A DNA stretch of 63,990 nt, filler included, from Octopus bimaculoides (lineage: Eukaryota), in assembly GCF_001194135.2 (NCBI RefSeq). It is 5 parts of 5 records of this genome, joined end to end, with 100 filler letters (N's around TTAATTAATTAA, not from the genome) between each part and the next. Parts side by side here need not be neighbours in the genome. Positions count along the whole stretch, not along the records: positions 4,235 to 13,491 come from NC_069006.1; positions 13,592 to 43,429 come from NC_069007.1; 3 more parts are not named here. One strand, 5' to 3'. How positions within the stretch are numbered: position 1 is the first letter of the stretch; each line of letters opens with the position of its first letter. The notes below the pieces were generated by a model. That model saw nothing but the letters and a program-made list of their open reading frames with translations. It had not been told where the DNA came from and did no database searches. Both the position numbers and the translations under genes were made by a program. Positions 12,438 through 25,082 of this stretch are shown piece by piece.

Positions 12438-13010
12438 TTTGAAGGACTGATAAAATTTGAATCGGCCAGGATGAAATTTGAACCTAGAACGTTAAAACTG
12501 ACAAAATGCTGCTGAGCTGTTTGCCCGGTATGCTAACGATTCTGCCAGCTCGCCACCGTATTAATAAATATAATAATAATACACCTTTCTACTAAAGGCG
12601 CAAGGCCTGAAATTTCGGGGGAAGGGACTAGTCGATTACATAGACCCCAATGTTTCACTGGTATTTAATTTATCGACCCCGAAAGGATGAAAAGCAAAGT
12701 CGACTTCGGCGGAATTTAAACTGAGAACTCCAAGACGGACGAAATACTGCTAACAATTGGACCAGCTCACTGCCTTAATATTAAGGATAATAATGGTTTC
12801 ATATTTTACCACAAGGGCAGCCATTTTGTGGGGAGGGAATAAGCCGATTACATCGATACTTAATTTATCCACTGGTACTTAATTAATCGACCCTGAAAGA
12901 ATGAAAGGCAAAGTTGACCTCGGCAGAATTTGAACTCAGAACGTAGCGACGGACGAAATACCGCTATGCATTTCACCCGGCATGCTAACGATTCTGCCAG
13001 CACGCCAACT
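12438..13010 (-). mobile_element. Three head-to-tail SINE family A copies separated by (AAT)n
   Basis: Three reverse-complement heads (tgctaacgattctgccagc or degenerate) at about 12540, 12760 and 12990. Confidence 0.85.
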
Positions 13011-13449
13011 TAATAATAATAATAATAATGCCACTACCACCACCACATGAGCTGCTACTACTATATCCATTTCAACACAGCTCTCCAAGATTCACAGTCT
13101 CCATTTCCATCCCAACACTATAAGGTCCGCCATTCCACCATTTCACACACCCCTCACATCATCCATCATCGCCTCACTATCCAACTGTCCACAGAAGAGA
13201 AGACAGATTCCAAAGGTCTCACATCTTGAAAATACCAACCACCGGCCAATTGACAAGAGATATGGAGCTAAAATTCACCCGATATTCCGCAGAGAGATGT
13301 AAAATACACACACACAGACTGTCACAAAAATGAGTATATCAGCATGTATCCATCTAACTCTCTATCAATCTCCTCTCACACACACACACACGTGTGTGTG
13401 TGTGTGTGTGTATACAGATGTTTATATTTGTAGGTGTGTGTGTGTGTGC

Positions 13450-13491
<42 letters not shown>

Positions 13492-13880
13492 NNNNNNNNN
13501 NNNNNNNNNNNNNNNNNNNNNNNNNNNNNNNNNNNTTAATTAATTAANNNNNNNNNNNNNNNNNNNNNNNNNNNNNNNNNNNNNNNNNNNNTCTTTTTCT
13601 TTTCTTTTTCTTGCCTTTGTACTGGGGTTGATGTAATCGACTATCCCTCCTCCTCCTCCAAATTTCAGTCCTTGTGCTTAAGTAGAAAGGATTATTATTA
13701 TTATTATTATTAAGGTCTGAGTTCAAATTCCGCGAATGTCGACTTTGCCTTTCATACTCTCGGGGTCGATAAATTAAGTACCAGTTGAACGAACACTGGA
13801 GTCGATGTAATCAACTCATCCCACCTTGTGACAAAAAACTGAAATAATAATAATAATGATAATAATAATAATAATAATAA

Positions 13881-14430
13881 ATGCCCTGATGCAGTACCAG
13901 GTAGTGGCTTTCATGGCTTCTGATCTTAACTGATTGGAAGTGTTATCATGTACAAAGTTTTTTTCTTAGTATGGTCTACAGCAAATATTCTGCTTAATTC
14001 CACAGATTTGCTTGTCAATTGTTTGACCTTAACCAATTGAGCATGTCCCTTAGTGGATGACGATATGTGCATCTCTGATCAAGAGCAGAAGTAGTGGAGG
14101 AGTATCATAGCCATGTATTGAGAGGAATTCTTTTGGGACTTGAGTAATTCGCCCCTGGAAACATGGGTGTTTCGTTCAGCATCCTTAAACAACCCTTATT
14201 CAGGAACCTTTTAGAGTGGGATGGGCTACTCGACCTGAGGAAAATTCTAACTGGGCCCCACCTGCAAGGTCATGCACTGTTTATCTTGATATGAGATCAT
14301 CATGTCACACACATATGGTTGTGATGCATGTGCCTGGTGTACCCTTATCAGACGAGTAGTCATGATGGGTATACTGGGCTTCGTATATTTTACCCTAGTG
14401 TCACTTTGATGGCATGCACTGCTCTCTCAC
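13881..14430 (-). mobile_element. About 550-bp non-coding interspersed repeat, family F, embedded in (AAT)n
   Basis: Full copy in opposite orientation at 18078-18628. End-only fragment with (ATT)n at 16790-16870 suggests retroposition with an ATT tail. Confidence 0.8.
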
Positions 14431-14457
14431 TTAATAATAATAATGATAATAATAATG

Positions 14458-14489
<32 letters not shown>

Positions 14490-14503
14490 CATTATTATTA
14501 TTA

Positions 14504-14705
14504 AGGCGGCGAGCTGGCAGAATCGTTAGCACGCTGGGCAAAATGCTTCGCAGCATTTCGTCTATCGCTACGTTCTGAGTTCAAATTTTGCCGAGGTCAA
14601 CTTTGCCTTTCATCGATAAATTAAGTTCCAGTGAAACACTGGTGTCAATGTAATCGTCTAGTCCCCTCACCCAAAATCTCAAACCTTGTGCCTATAGTAG
14701 AAAGG

Positions 14706-14712
<7 letters not shown>
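14504..14712 (+). mobile_element. SINE family A
   Basis: ggcggcgagctggcagaatcgttagc head; ends agaaaggattattatt. Confidence 0.9.
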
Positions 14713-14740
<28 letters not shown>

Positions 14741-15502
14741 CACGAACAGAAATCTTGGCTAATTTGAACCGTGTAACGAAATATGATTAACCGTCGCAGC
14801 AAATTTTGCTATATGTCGTTAATGAGGGCACTAATATACGCTAAGACACACTAATGAACACGTTAAGAAACATGTAAACAAACGCCGGCTTATTACTGAT
14901 TCCGTGAACAGCAAAGAGGCATTAATATTAACCTAATTATATTTCGGTTCTATCAGAGACATTCCTCAATAGCGACATACTCTGTTTTCTCTACCCACAG
15001 AAAGATTTATAACTTATAGCTAATAACTATTTTTAGTGACCAAATCAAGCAGTTACGCTAACCGGGTAGATCCGATTTGCATATATAGTGTCATGCCAGA
15101 CACGTATTCAATTAATTATACCTTAATAGTTTTAAATTACGGCTTTGAATCACTTCAAATGTTTCACAAATGCATTAGATTCTAGCTGTCACTATAGTTA
15201 GTGTTTTTTTTCTTTTAATTTAATGTAAGGATAAAAATAATGAGAAAGAAGAGGTTGATAGGAAAGAATGGACAATTTAAAACAGGAAATATATGGTTTG
15301 GTTGATGTATTACGTATGTATGAACGTATATATGTGTGCGTATATATAATACACACACATATATACATATGAGCATACATAAACATATATATAAATAATC
15401 AAATACATATATAAAAACATATATATACAGGCACATATATTACATATGCGTGCACAGGTATGTATATATGTGTAAATATATATGTATGCATATATATACA
15501 TG

Positions 15503-15539
<37 letters not shown>

Positions 15540-16397
15540 NNNNNNNNNNNNNNNNNNNNNNNNNNNNNNNNNNNNNNNNNNNNNNNNNNNNNNNNNNNNN
15601 NNNNNNNNNNNNNNNNNNNNNNNNNNNNNNNNNNNNNNNNNNNNNNNNNNNNNNNNNNNNNNNNNNNNNNNNNNNNNNNNNNNNNNNNNNNNNNNNNNNN
15701 NNNNNNNNNNNNNNNNNNNNNNNNNNNNNNNNNNNNNNNNNNNNNNNNNNNNNNNNNNNNNNNNNNNNNNNNNNNNNNNNNNNNNNNNNNNNNNNNNNNN
15801 NNNNNNNNNNNNNNNNNNNNNNNNNNNNNNNNNNNNNNNNNNNNNNNNNNNNNNNNNNNNNNNNNNNNNNNNNNNNNNNNNNNNNNNNNNNNNNNNNNNN
15901 NNNNNNNNNNNNNNNNNNNNNNNNNNNNNNNNNNNNNNNNNNNNNNNNNNNNNNNNNNNNNNNNNNNNNNNNNNNNNNNNNNNNNNNNNNNNNNNNNNNN
16001 NNNNNNNNNNNNNNNNNNNNNNNNNNNNNNNNNNNNNNNNNNNNNNNNNNNNNNNNNNNNNNNNNNNNNNNNNNNNNNNNNNNNNNNNNNNNNNNNNNNN
16101 NNNNNNNNNNNNNNNNNNNNNNNNNNNNNNNNNNNNNNNNNNNNNNNNNNNNNNNNNNNNNNNNNNNNNNNNNNNNNNNNNNNNNNNNNNNNNNNNNNNN
16201 NNNNNNNNNNNNNNNNNNNNNNNNNNNNNNNNNNNNNNNNNNNNNNNNNNNNNNNNNNNNNNNNNNNNNNNNNNNNNNNNNNNNNNNNNNNNNNNNTTTC
16301 TTATCCACGTACTTTGGAACACACACGCACACACAAGTGCGCACACAATAATATTTATTGCAAAAGAAAAAAAGAAATGAAAATGGAATTTAAGGGT

Positions 16398-16672
16398 GGT
16401 AAGTAGCTTGCTTACCAACCCACATGGTTCCGGGTTCAGTCCCACTGCGTGGCCCCTTGGGCAAGTGTCTTCTACTATAGCCTTGGGCCGACCAAAGCCT
16501 TGTGAGTGGATTTGGTGTGTTTACGTCCCCGTAACTTAGCGGTTCGGCAAAAGAGACCGATAGAAAAAGTACTAGGCTTACAAAGAATAAGTCCTGGGGT
16601 CGATTTGCTCGACTAAAGGAGGGTGCTCCCGCATGGCCACAGTCAAATGACTGAAACAAATAAAAGAGTAAC
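16398..16672 (+). mobile_element. SINE family D with internal deletion removing the microsatellite module
   Basis: gtgagtggatttggt joined directly to gtgtttacgtcccc; full copies carry about 150-200 bp between these. Confidence 0.85.
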
Positions 16673-16868
16673 AAATGAAACATCCTAATGACTTCGCCAG
16701 CACGCCGCCTTAACTGTCTGTTACGTATTGACGTGTTGTTGCAGAATATTTCTGTAACACATCTTTTACACATAGACAAAAACATATACATGTTAACACT
16801 TTCAATTATTTAAGATCATTATGATCAGAAGCCATGAGAGCCATTACCTGGTACTGCATCAGGGCATA

Positions 16869-16916
<48 letters not shown>

Positions 16917-16920
16917 CATT

Positions 16921-17580
16921 AAGGCTGCGAGTTGGTAGAATCGTTAGAATGTTGAACGAAAGGCTTAGCAGTATTTCGCCCGTCGCTGCGTTCTGAGTTC
17001 AAATTCCGCTGAGGTCGACTTGACCTTTCATCCTTTCGGGGGTCGATGAATTAAGTACCAGTCAAGTACTGGGGTCGATGTAATCGATTAATCCCCACCT
17101 TCCGAATTTTAGGCCCTGTTCCTTAAGTAGAAAGGATTATAAGGCGGTAAACTGGCAGAATCATTAGCACGCAGGGCGAAATACTAAACGGCTACTACGT
17201 TCTGAGTTCAAATTACGCCGAGGTCGACTTTGCCTTTCATCCTTTCGGGGTCGATTGAATAAGTACCAGTTAAATACTGGGTTCGATGGAATCATCTCAC
17301 CTCTTCCCCCCCAAATTGCTGCCCTTGTGGCAAAAATTGAAACTATTATTATTATCATACAATGTGGTGAGCTGGCCGAATCGTTAGCACGCAGGGTGAA
17401 ATACTCAGCGGTATTTCGTCTACTGCTACGTTCTGAGTTCGAATTCCGCCGAGGTCGACTTTGCTTTACATCCTTTCAGGGTCGACGAAACAAGTACCAG
17501 TTACGTCTTGGTTCGATGTAATCGACTTGCCTCGCCCCTCACACTTTCAGGACTTCTTGTACTTATAACAGAAAGGATTC
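16921..17580 (+). mobile_element. Three head-to-tail SINE family A copies
   Basis: Heads at about 16921, 17141 and 17365, each following an att-type tail. Confidence 0.9.
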
Positions 17581-17609
17581 TTCTTCTTCTTCTTCTCATC
17601 ACAATCACT

Positions 17610-17646
<37 letters not shown>

Positions 17647-18046
17647 CCACCACCACCATAATCATCATCATATTATTATTATTATTATTATTGTTGTTGT
17701 TGTTAAGAGCACTTGGCCTCGGTGTTCAGGGAGATCTTGGACACTGGAGTTCCTCGGTTATTCCTACAGGTTACCCTGTATCAGGAGAGCTACATCTCTA
17801 TCAAACCCCTCCCCCGCTTTATCTGTTTTGCTAACCTTCGCATACTATGTATTTTCCCCCTTTCCTTCTCACTGGACACCGTGTATACTTACCCTCCCCC
17901 CTTTTTATTTCATCTTATTTTATCTAATCATTTCATTATATGTAAACCCCCATATTTTATGTCCGTTTTTTTTTGTATTTCCCTCCTCATCCTTCGCCCT
18001 AGTGGCAAAAAAATGAAATCATCAAAATCATCACCATTATTATTAC

Positions 18047-18077
<31 letters not shown>

Positions 18078-18628
18078 GAGTGAGAGAGCAGTGCATGCCA
18101 TCAAAGTGACACTGGGGTAAAATATACGAAGTCCAATATACCCATCATGACTACCCGTCTGATAAGGGTACATCAGGCACATGTATCACAATCATATGTG
18201 CGCGACGTGGTGATCTCATATCAAGATAAACAGCTCATGACGTCGCAGGTGGGGCCCAGTTAGAATTTTCTTCAGGTCGAGTGGCCCATCAAAAGGTCCC
18301 TGAATAAGGTTTGTTTAAGGATGTTGGGCAAAACACCCATGTTTCCAAAGGTGAATTATTCAAACCCCAAAGAATTCCTCTCAACACATGGCTATGATGC
18401 TCCCCCACTACTTCTGCTCATGATCAGAGATGCACATATCGTCAATCACTAAGGGACATGCTCAACTGGTTAAGGTCAAACAACTGACAAGCAACTCTGT
18501 GGTATTGAGCAGAATATTTGCTGTAGACCATCTTTTATACCAAGACAAAACAATGTACATGATAACACTTCCAATCAATTAAGATCAGAAGCCATAAAAG
18601 CCATTGCCTGGTACTGCATCCGGGCATT
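18078..18628 (+). mobile_element. Family F repeat, full length
   Basis: Reverse complement of 13881-14430, flanked by (ATT)n on both sides. Confidence 0.8.
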
Positions 18629-19302
18629 TATTATTATTATCATCATTNNNNNNNNNNNNNNNNNNNNNNNNNNNNNNNNNNNNNNNNNNNNNNNNNNNNN
18701 NNNNNNNNNNNNNNNNNNNNNNNNNNNNNNNNNNNNNNNNNNNNNNNNNNNNNNNNNNNNNNNNNNNNNNNNNNNNNNNNNNNNNNNNNNNNNNNNNNNN
18801 NNNNNNNNNNNNNNNNNNNNNNNNNNNNNNNNNNNNNNNNNNNNNNNNNNNNNNNNNNNNNNNNNNNNNNNNNNNNNNNNNNNNNNNNNNNNNNNNNNNN
18901 NNNNNNNNNNNNNNNNNNNNNNNNNNNNNNNNNNNNNNNNNNNNNNNNNNNNNNNNNNNNNNNNNNNNNNNNNNNNNNNNNNNNNNNNNNNNNNNNNNNN
19001 NNNNNNNNNNNNNNNNNNNNNNNNNNNNNNNNNNNNNNNNNNNNNNNNNNNNNNNNNNNNNNNNNNNNNNNNNNNNNNNNNNNNNNNNNNNNNNNNNNNN
19101 NNNNNNNNNNNNNNNNNNNNNNNNNNNNNNNNNNNNNNNNNNNNNNNNNNNNNNNNNNNNNNNNNNNNNNNNNNNNNNNNNNNNNNNNNNNNNNNNNNNN
19201 NNNNNNNNNNNNNNNNNNNNNNNNNNNNNNNNNNNNNNNNNNNNNNNNNNNNNNNNNNNNNNNNNNNNNNNNNNNNNNNNNNNNNNNNNNNNNNNNNNNN
19301 NN

Positions 19303-19348
<46 letters not shown>

Positions 19349-19559
19349 CATATATATACATATACACACATACATATATAAGTGTATATGTATGTATGTG
19401 CATATATATTACTATATCTATACACGTATGCATGCATGTAAATGTATGTGTGTGCTTGTTCGTGTGTGCATACTTCTTTCCCTCTTTCTGTCTCTCTGCC
19501 AGTCTAACAATATGGAAGCAAAACTGTTCGTCACACACACATTATCATTAATAGGACAG

Positions 19560-19775
19560 CGAGACGTGCTGGCAGAATCATTAGCGCGTCGGACAAACTG
19601 TTTAACAGCATTTCTTTCGGCTCGTTACCTTCTGAGTACAAATCCGCCGTGGCCGGTATTACCCTTTGTCTTTTCGGGGTCGATGAAATAAGTACTAGTT
19701 GAGTACTGGGGTCAATGTAATTGACATAACTTCGCAATTCTAAATTAGTGGCCTTTTGCCAAAATTAGAAATAGT
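19560..19775 (+). mobile_element. SINE family A, diverged
   Basis: gtgctggcagaatcattagc head and ttttcggggtcgatgaaataagtac core. Confidence 0.75.
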
Positions 19776-19936
19776 CATTAATTGAAACAACTAATATTAT
19801 CAGGATACGAGGTAGTTTCATCTATCATTATGTGAAAACATTGTTCTAAACCATTAATATCATGTGCATAGAATACACGTAAACAAGAATATCAGATACT
19901 ATTAGAATTTTAGTGTTGTTGAAAACATGAATGCAT

Positions 19937-20100
19937 AGGCGCAGGAGTGGCTGTGTGGTAAGTAGTTTGCTTACCAACCACATGGTTCTGGGTTCAGTTC
20001 CACTGCGTGGCATCTTGGGCAAGTGTCTTCTACTATAGCCACGAGCCGACCAAAGCCTTGTGAGTGGATTTGGTAGACGGAAACTGGAAGAAGCCCGTCG

Positions 20101-20133
<33 letters not shown>

Positions 20134-20134
20134 C

Positions 20135-20165
<31 letters not shown>

Positions 20166-20521
20166 CTATGTATATATATATATATATATGTATGTGTGTC
20201 TGTNNNNNNNNNNNNNNNNNNNNNNNNNNNNNNNNNNNNNNNNNNNNNNNNNNNNNNNNNNNNNNNNNNNNNNNNNNNNNNNNNNNNNNNNNNNNNNNNN
20301 NNNNNNNNNNNNNNNNNNNNNNNNNNNNNNNNNNNNNNNNNNNNNNNNNNAATGCATAGGCGCAGGAGTGGCTGTGTGGTAAGTAGTTTGCTTACCAACC
20401 ACATGGTTCTGGGTTCAGTTCCACTGCGTGGCATCTTGGGCAAGTGTCTTCTACTATAGCCACGAGCCGACCAAAGCCTTGTGAGTGGATTTGGTAGACG
20501 GAAACTGGAAGAAGCCCGTCG

Positions 20522-20554
<33 letters not shown>

Positions 20555-20790
20555 CTATGTATATATATATATATATATGTATGTGTGTCTGTCTGTGTGT
20601 CTGTGTTTGTCCCCCCCCCAACCGATGCTGGTGTGTTTACATCCCCGTAACCTAGCGGTTCGGCAAAAAGAGACTGATGGAATAAGTACTAGGCTTACAA
20701 AGTATAAGTCCTGGGGTCGATTTGTTCGACTAAAGGCAGTGATCCAGCATGGCCGCAGTCAAATGACTGAAACAAGTAAAACAGTAAAAG
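19937..20790 (+). mobile_element. SINE family D, 5' half duplicated across a gap
   Basis: The non-microsatellite parts of 19930-20203 and 20351 onward are identical; both run into the internal (TA)n/(TG)n tract. Confidence 0.85.
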
Positions 20791-21127
20791 AGAGCAAGAG
20801 CATTTTTCACAATTCTATGACCGCTATTTAGGTAGCAAAGAAACTGTGTTATGCAGCTGATAATTGGAAACTCCTTAATAAAAAGCGATATGTCTTTGAG
20901 GTCCACAAATAACGTTCTTTAGTCCGAAATCGTAAAAGGCTGCAATGGAACGTTTGTACTTCTTTGAGACTCAGACATCACAGCTTCAGAGATCATTACT
21001 GTATAAGGAGGCGTACTTTTTAATTGGTCAATCGATTATATATTTGTCATTATCAAATCCTTTCAATTCCCGGTATATTTGGAGAGTCGCTTTTTACAAG
21101 AGATTTTCTGCATTATCTATCTATCTG

Positions 21128-21511
21128 TGGAGGCGCAATGGCCCAGTGGTTAGGGCAGCGGACTCGCGGTCATTGGATCGCGGTTTCGATTTCCAAACCG
21201 GGCGTTGTGAGTGTTTATTGAGCGAAAACACCTAAAAGCTCCACGAGGCTCCGGCAGGGGATGGTAGCGAACCCTGCTCTACTCTTTCACCACAACTTTC
21301 TCTCACTCTTACTTCCTGCTTCTGTTGTGCCTGTATTTCAAAGGGTCAGCCCTGTCACACTGTGTCACGCTGAATATCCCCGAGAACTACGTTAAGGGTA
21401 CACGTGTCTGTGGAGTGCTCAGCCACTTGCACGTTAAATTCGCGAGCAGGCTGTTCCGTTGATCGGATCAACTGGAACCCTCGACGTCTTTAGCGACGGA
21501 GTGTCAACAAC
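21128..21511 (+). mobile_element. tRNA-derived SINE, family B, full length
   Basis: A box tggcccagtgg, B-box-like gtttcgatttcc. Near-identical copies at 27873-28257 and 53046-53366. Confidence 0.9.
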
Positions 21512-22118
21512 ATGTATGTATGTATGTATGTATCTATCTATCTATCTATCTATCTATTAATCTGCTTGTCTGTCGGTCAGTCTGTCCGGTTGCCTGCCTG
21601 TCTGTTTGTCTGTTTGCTTGTCTGCTTGCAAGTCTTTTCTTTCAGTCTTTCTATCTATCCAGCTGTCTATCTCTCTGACTAGTTTGCTATGTATGCATGT
21701 CTGTCTATTTGTCTGTACGTATGCATGTATGTATCCACAAACAAATGTGTGCGTGCGCATGCATTACAGTGTGCGCGTGCTTGTGTATGCGTGCGCACAT
21801 GCATGCCTGTATGTATGTGTATGTGTGTGTGTACGTGTGTGTGTGCGCATGCGTGCGTGTGAGTATGCCTCTCTATTCCCGTGCGATTGAGTCTTAGAGT
21901 ATGATTGTAGAATACGAAATAATGAAGAAATCGCTTAAAGCAGTTCTGAGGTTTCACAAAACCGACTGTGACAATGACAATGGTTGATTGGTTCCAGCGA
22001 CATCTGTACACGAGGGCTGTCCACATCCCATTGTCGCAGTTTCAATTCCTGACAGAAGCCATACAAGTTAAAAACGTATCGTTATTAACATTCCTATTGC
22101 CGTATTAGTTGCTACCAC

Positions 22119-22151
<33 letters not shown>

Positions 22152-22243
22152 AAACAGTTAATTTTCAATTTAATCCTGGAGCCATTTTCCAGATAATTAA
22201 TGCACACATATTCTCACACACTTAGATATACAACACCACAGAG

Positions 22244-22278
<35 letters not shown>

Positions 22279-22699
22279 TCCTCACACAAACGTATAGACA
22301 CACAAATACAGTACATAAATACATACATACATAAAATACACACGCTCGCATCTCCCCCCCCCCACATATATATTGTACCCTGATATGCATGTATATACAC
22401 ATGTAGATGTAAGTATGTACATATGTGTGTATACATGTATATATATTCTTTGTATTATATATANNNNNNNNNNNNNNNNNNNNNNNNNNNNNNNNNNNNN
22501 NNNNNNNNNNNNNNNNNNNNNNNNNNNNNNNNNNNNNNNNNNNNNNNNNNNNNNNNNNNNNNNNNNNNNNNNNNNNNNNNNNNNNNNNNNNNNNNNNNNN
22601 NNNNNNNNNNNNNNNNNNNNNNNNNNNNNNNNNNNNNNNNNNNNNNNNNNNNNNNNNNNNNNNNNNNNNNNNNNNNNNNNNNNNNNNNNNNNNNNNNNG

Positions 22700-22945
22700 C
22701 GTTTCGAGCGTTGACTCGAATGCCTTGAGCTATTCGTTCCGGCTCTTTGCTATCTGCGTTCAAATCCCAGTGGAGACATCATTGTCTTTCAAGTTGGCGT
22801 AGTTTATAAATAAAGCCGCTGAGGTCGACTTTGCCTTTCATCCTTTCGGGGTCGATAAATCAAGTACCAGTTGCGTACTGGGGGTCGATCTAATCAACTG
22901 GCCCCCTCCTCAAAAATTTCGGGCCTTGTGCCTCGAGTAGAAAAA
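22700..22945 (+). mobile_element. SINE family A, rearranged
   Basis: gaggtcgactttgcctttcatcctttcggggtcgataaatcaagtaccag core at about 22820-22870. Confidence 0.8.
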
Positions 22946-23219
22946 AATAAATAAAGCAGCAATATAGTATAAGGATCGATTTTTAGACTTTCTTATATTC
23001 TGTCTTGCTCTGCAGAAACAAATTCGATTGTGTTTAAACCTTGGAGGGCGAAGGTCTTCGTTATGTTCAAAATACCTTAAACACCGGCATATGGCGCGAG
23101 ATAACCCCTACAATTCCATCAGAAGTTGAGGCCTCAAGAAAGAAAGGAGAGCTCTGATTGACCGTTGACTGAACACTATTCAATTTTTTTTCTCCGTGTT
23201 TTTCTCCTTGTCTCCGTAT

Positions 23220-23256
23220 TCTTTCTGTTGAAGAGCGTAGCTCGAAAGGTCAAAGA
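23220..23256 (+). ncRNA. Minimal hammerhead-like motif in PLE-terminal-like repeat
   Basis: tcttt-CTGTTGA-a-gagc-gta-gctc-GAAA-g-GTC-aaaga. Stem I tcttt/aaaga and stem II gagc/gctc pair; A6 and 15.2 deviate from consensus. Confidence 0.55.
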
Positions 23257-23344
23257 CTTTCCGTATTCCCGAGCGTCATACTAATATATCCTTTTGTTAT
23301 TTACACCACCTGTCCTCGTCTGTTGTTATTATTTGTATATTCTC

Positions 23345-23378
<34 letters not shown>

Positions 23379-24369
23379 NNNNNNNNNNNNNNNNNNNNNN
23401 NNNNNNNNNNNNNNNNNNNNNNNNNNNNNNNNNNNNNNNNNNNNNNNNNNNNNNNNNNNNNNNNNNNNNNNNNNNNNNNNNNNNNNNNNNNNNNNNNNNN
23501 NNNNNNNNNNNNNNNNNNNNNNNNNNNNNNNNNNNNNNNNNNNNNNNNNNNNNNNNNNNNNNNNNNNNNNNNNNNNNNNNNNNNNNNNNNNNNNNNNNNN
23601 NNNNNNNNNNNNNNNNNNNNNNNNNNNNNNNNNNNNNNNNNNNNNNNNNNNNNNNNNNNNNNNNNNNNNNNNNNNNNNNNNNNNNNNNNNNNNNNNNNNN
23701 NNNNNNNNNNNNNNNNNNNNNNNNNNNNNNNNNNNNNNNNNNNNNNNNNNNNNNNNNNNNNNNNNNNNNNNNNNNNNNNNNNNNNNNNNNNNNNNNNNNN
23801 NNNNNNNNNNNNNNNNNNNNNNNNNNNNNNNNNNNNNNNNNNNNNNNNNNNNNNNNNNNNNNNNNNNNNNNNNNNNNNNNNNNNNNNNNNNNNNNNNNNN
23901 NNNNNNNNNNNNNNNNNNNNNNNNNNNNNNNNNNNNNNNNNNNNNNNNNNNNNNNNNNNNNNNNNNNNNNNNNNNNNNNNNNNNNNNNNNNNNNNNNNNN
24001 NNNNNNNNNNNNNNNNNNNNNNNNNNNNNNNNNNNNNNNNNNNNNNNNNNNNNNNNNNNNNNNNNNNNNNNNNNNNNNNNNNNNNNNNNNNNNNNNNNNN
24101 NNNNNNNNNNNNNNNNNNNNNNNNNNNNNNNNNNNNNNNNNNNNNNNNNNNNNNNNNNNNNNNNNNNNNNNNNNNNNNNNNNNNNNNNNNNNNNNNNNNN
24201 NNNNNNNNNNNNNNNNNNNNNNNNNNNNNNNNNNNNNNNNNNNNNNNNNNNNNNNNNNNNNNNNNNNNNNNNNNNNNNNNNNNNNNNNNNNNNNNNNNNN
24301 NNNNNNNNNNNNNNNNNNNNNNNNNNNNNNNNNNNNNNNNNNNNNNNNNNNNNNNNNNNNNNNNNNNNN

Positions 24370-24430
<61 letters not shown>

Positions 24431-24509
24431 ATATATATATATACACACGTATGTATGCATATACACACGTATGTATATGCATACATACATATGTTCTGAC
24501 ATATGCGAG

Positions 24510-25082
24510 CGACATGATGAGGATGATGATGATGGGGATGATGATGATGATGAAGTTATTGACTGATGTTGATAATAAAGCTGATGATGTCGATGACGAC
24601 GTCGACAATGAGGAAGAGAAGGGGAGAATGTTAATGATGATGAGAAGAATTATAATGATGGTGAAGACGATGATGACGATGCTGATGACGAGGACGATGA
24701 TGTTGACGATGACAATAATGGTGATGATGATGATTACGATAACGACGACGATGATGACAAGGAGGAGAAGGGGCTGAAAGAGGAAGAGGAGGCGAGAGGA
24801 TGTTGATAAGGAAGATGATAATAATGAAAATGGGAATAATTATAATGATGACGAAGACGACGGGAATGATGCTGACAACGAGGAAGAGGTTGACGATGAC
24901 GACGACGATGACGATTATGATGAGGGTAGTGGTGCTGATGATGATGGTGATGATGGTAAAGACGATGATGGTGATGATGATGACGACGACGATGACGATG
25001 ATGATGATGATGATGATGACAACGACGGCGACTAGTTATAACGATAGCGATAACAACGTTCAATATGATGATGATGGTGATT
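24510..25082. repeat. Degenerate (GAT/GAC)n low-complexity tract
   Basis: Direct reading; source of poly-M/D/H ORFs. Confidence 0.9.

Noticed and set aside
19930-20590. Apparent tandem duplication of a SINE 5' half
   Set aside because: Identical copies on either side of a gap, both ending in the same microsatellite: most likely an uncollapsed contig overlap.
21128-21200. tRNA gene candidates at SINE heads
   Set aside because: A/B boxes present but no complete cloverleaf, and each continues into a multi-copy SINE body.
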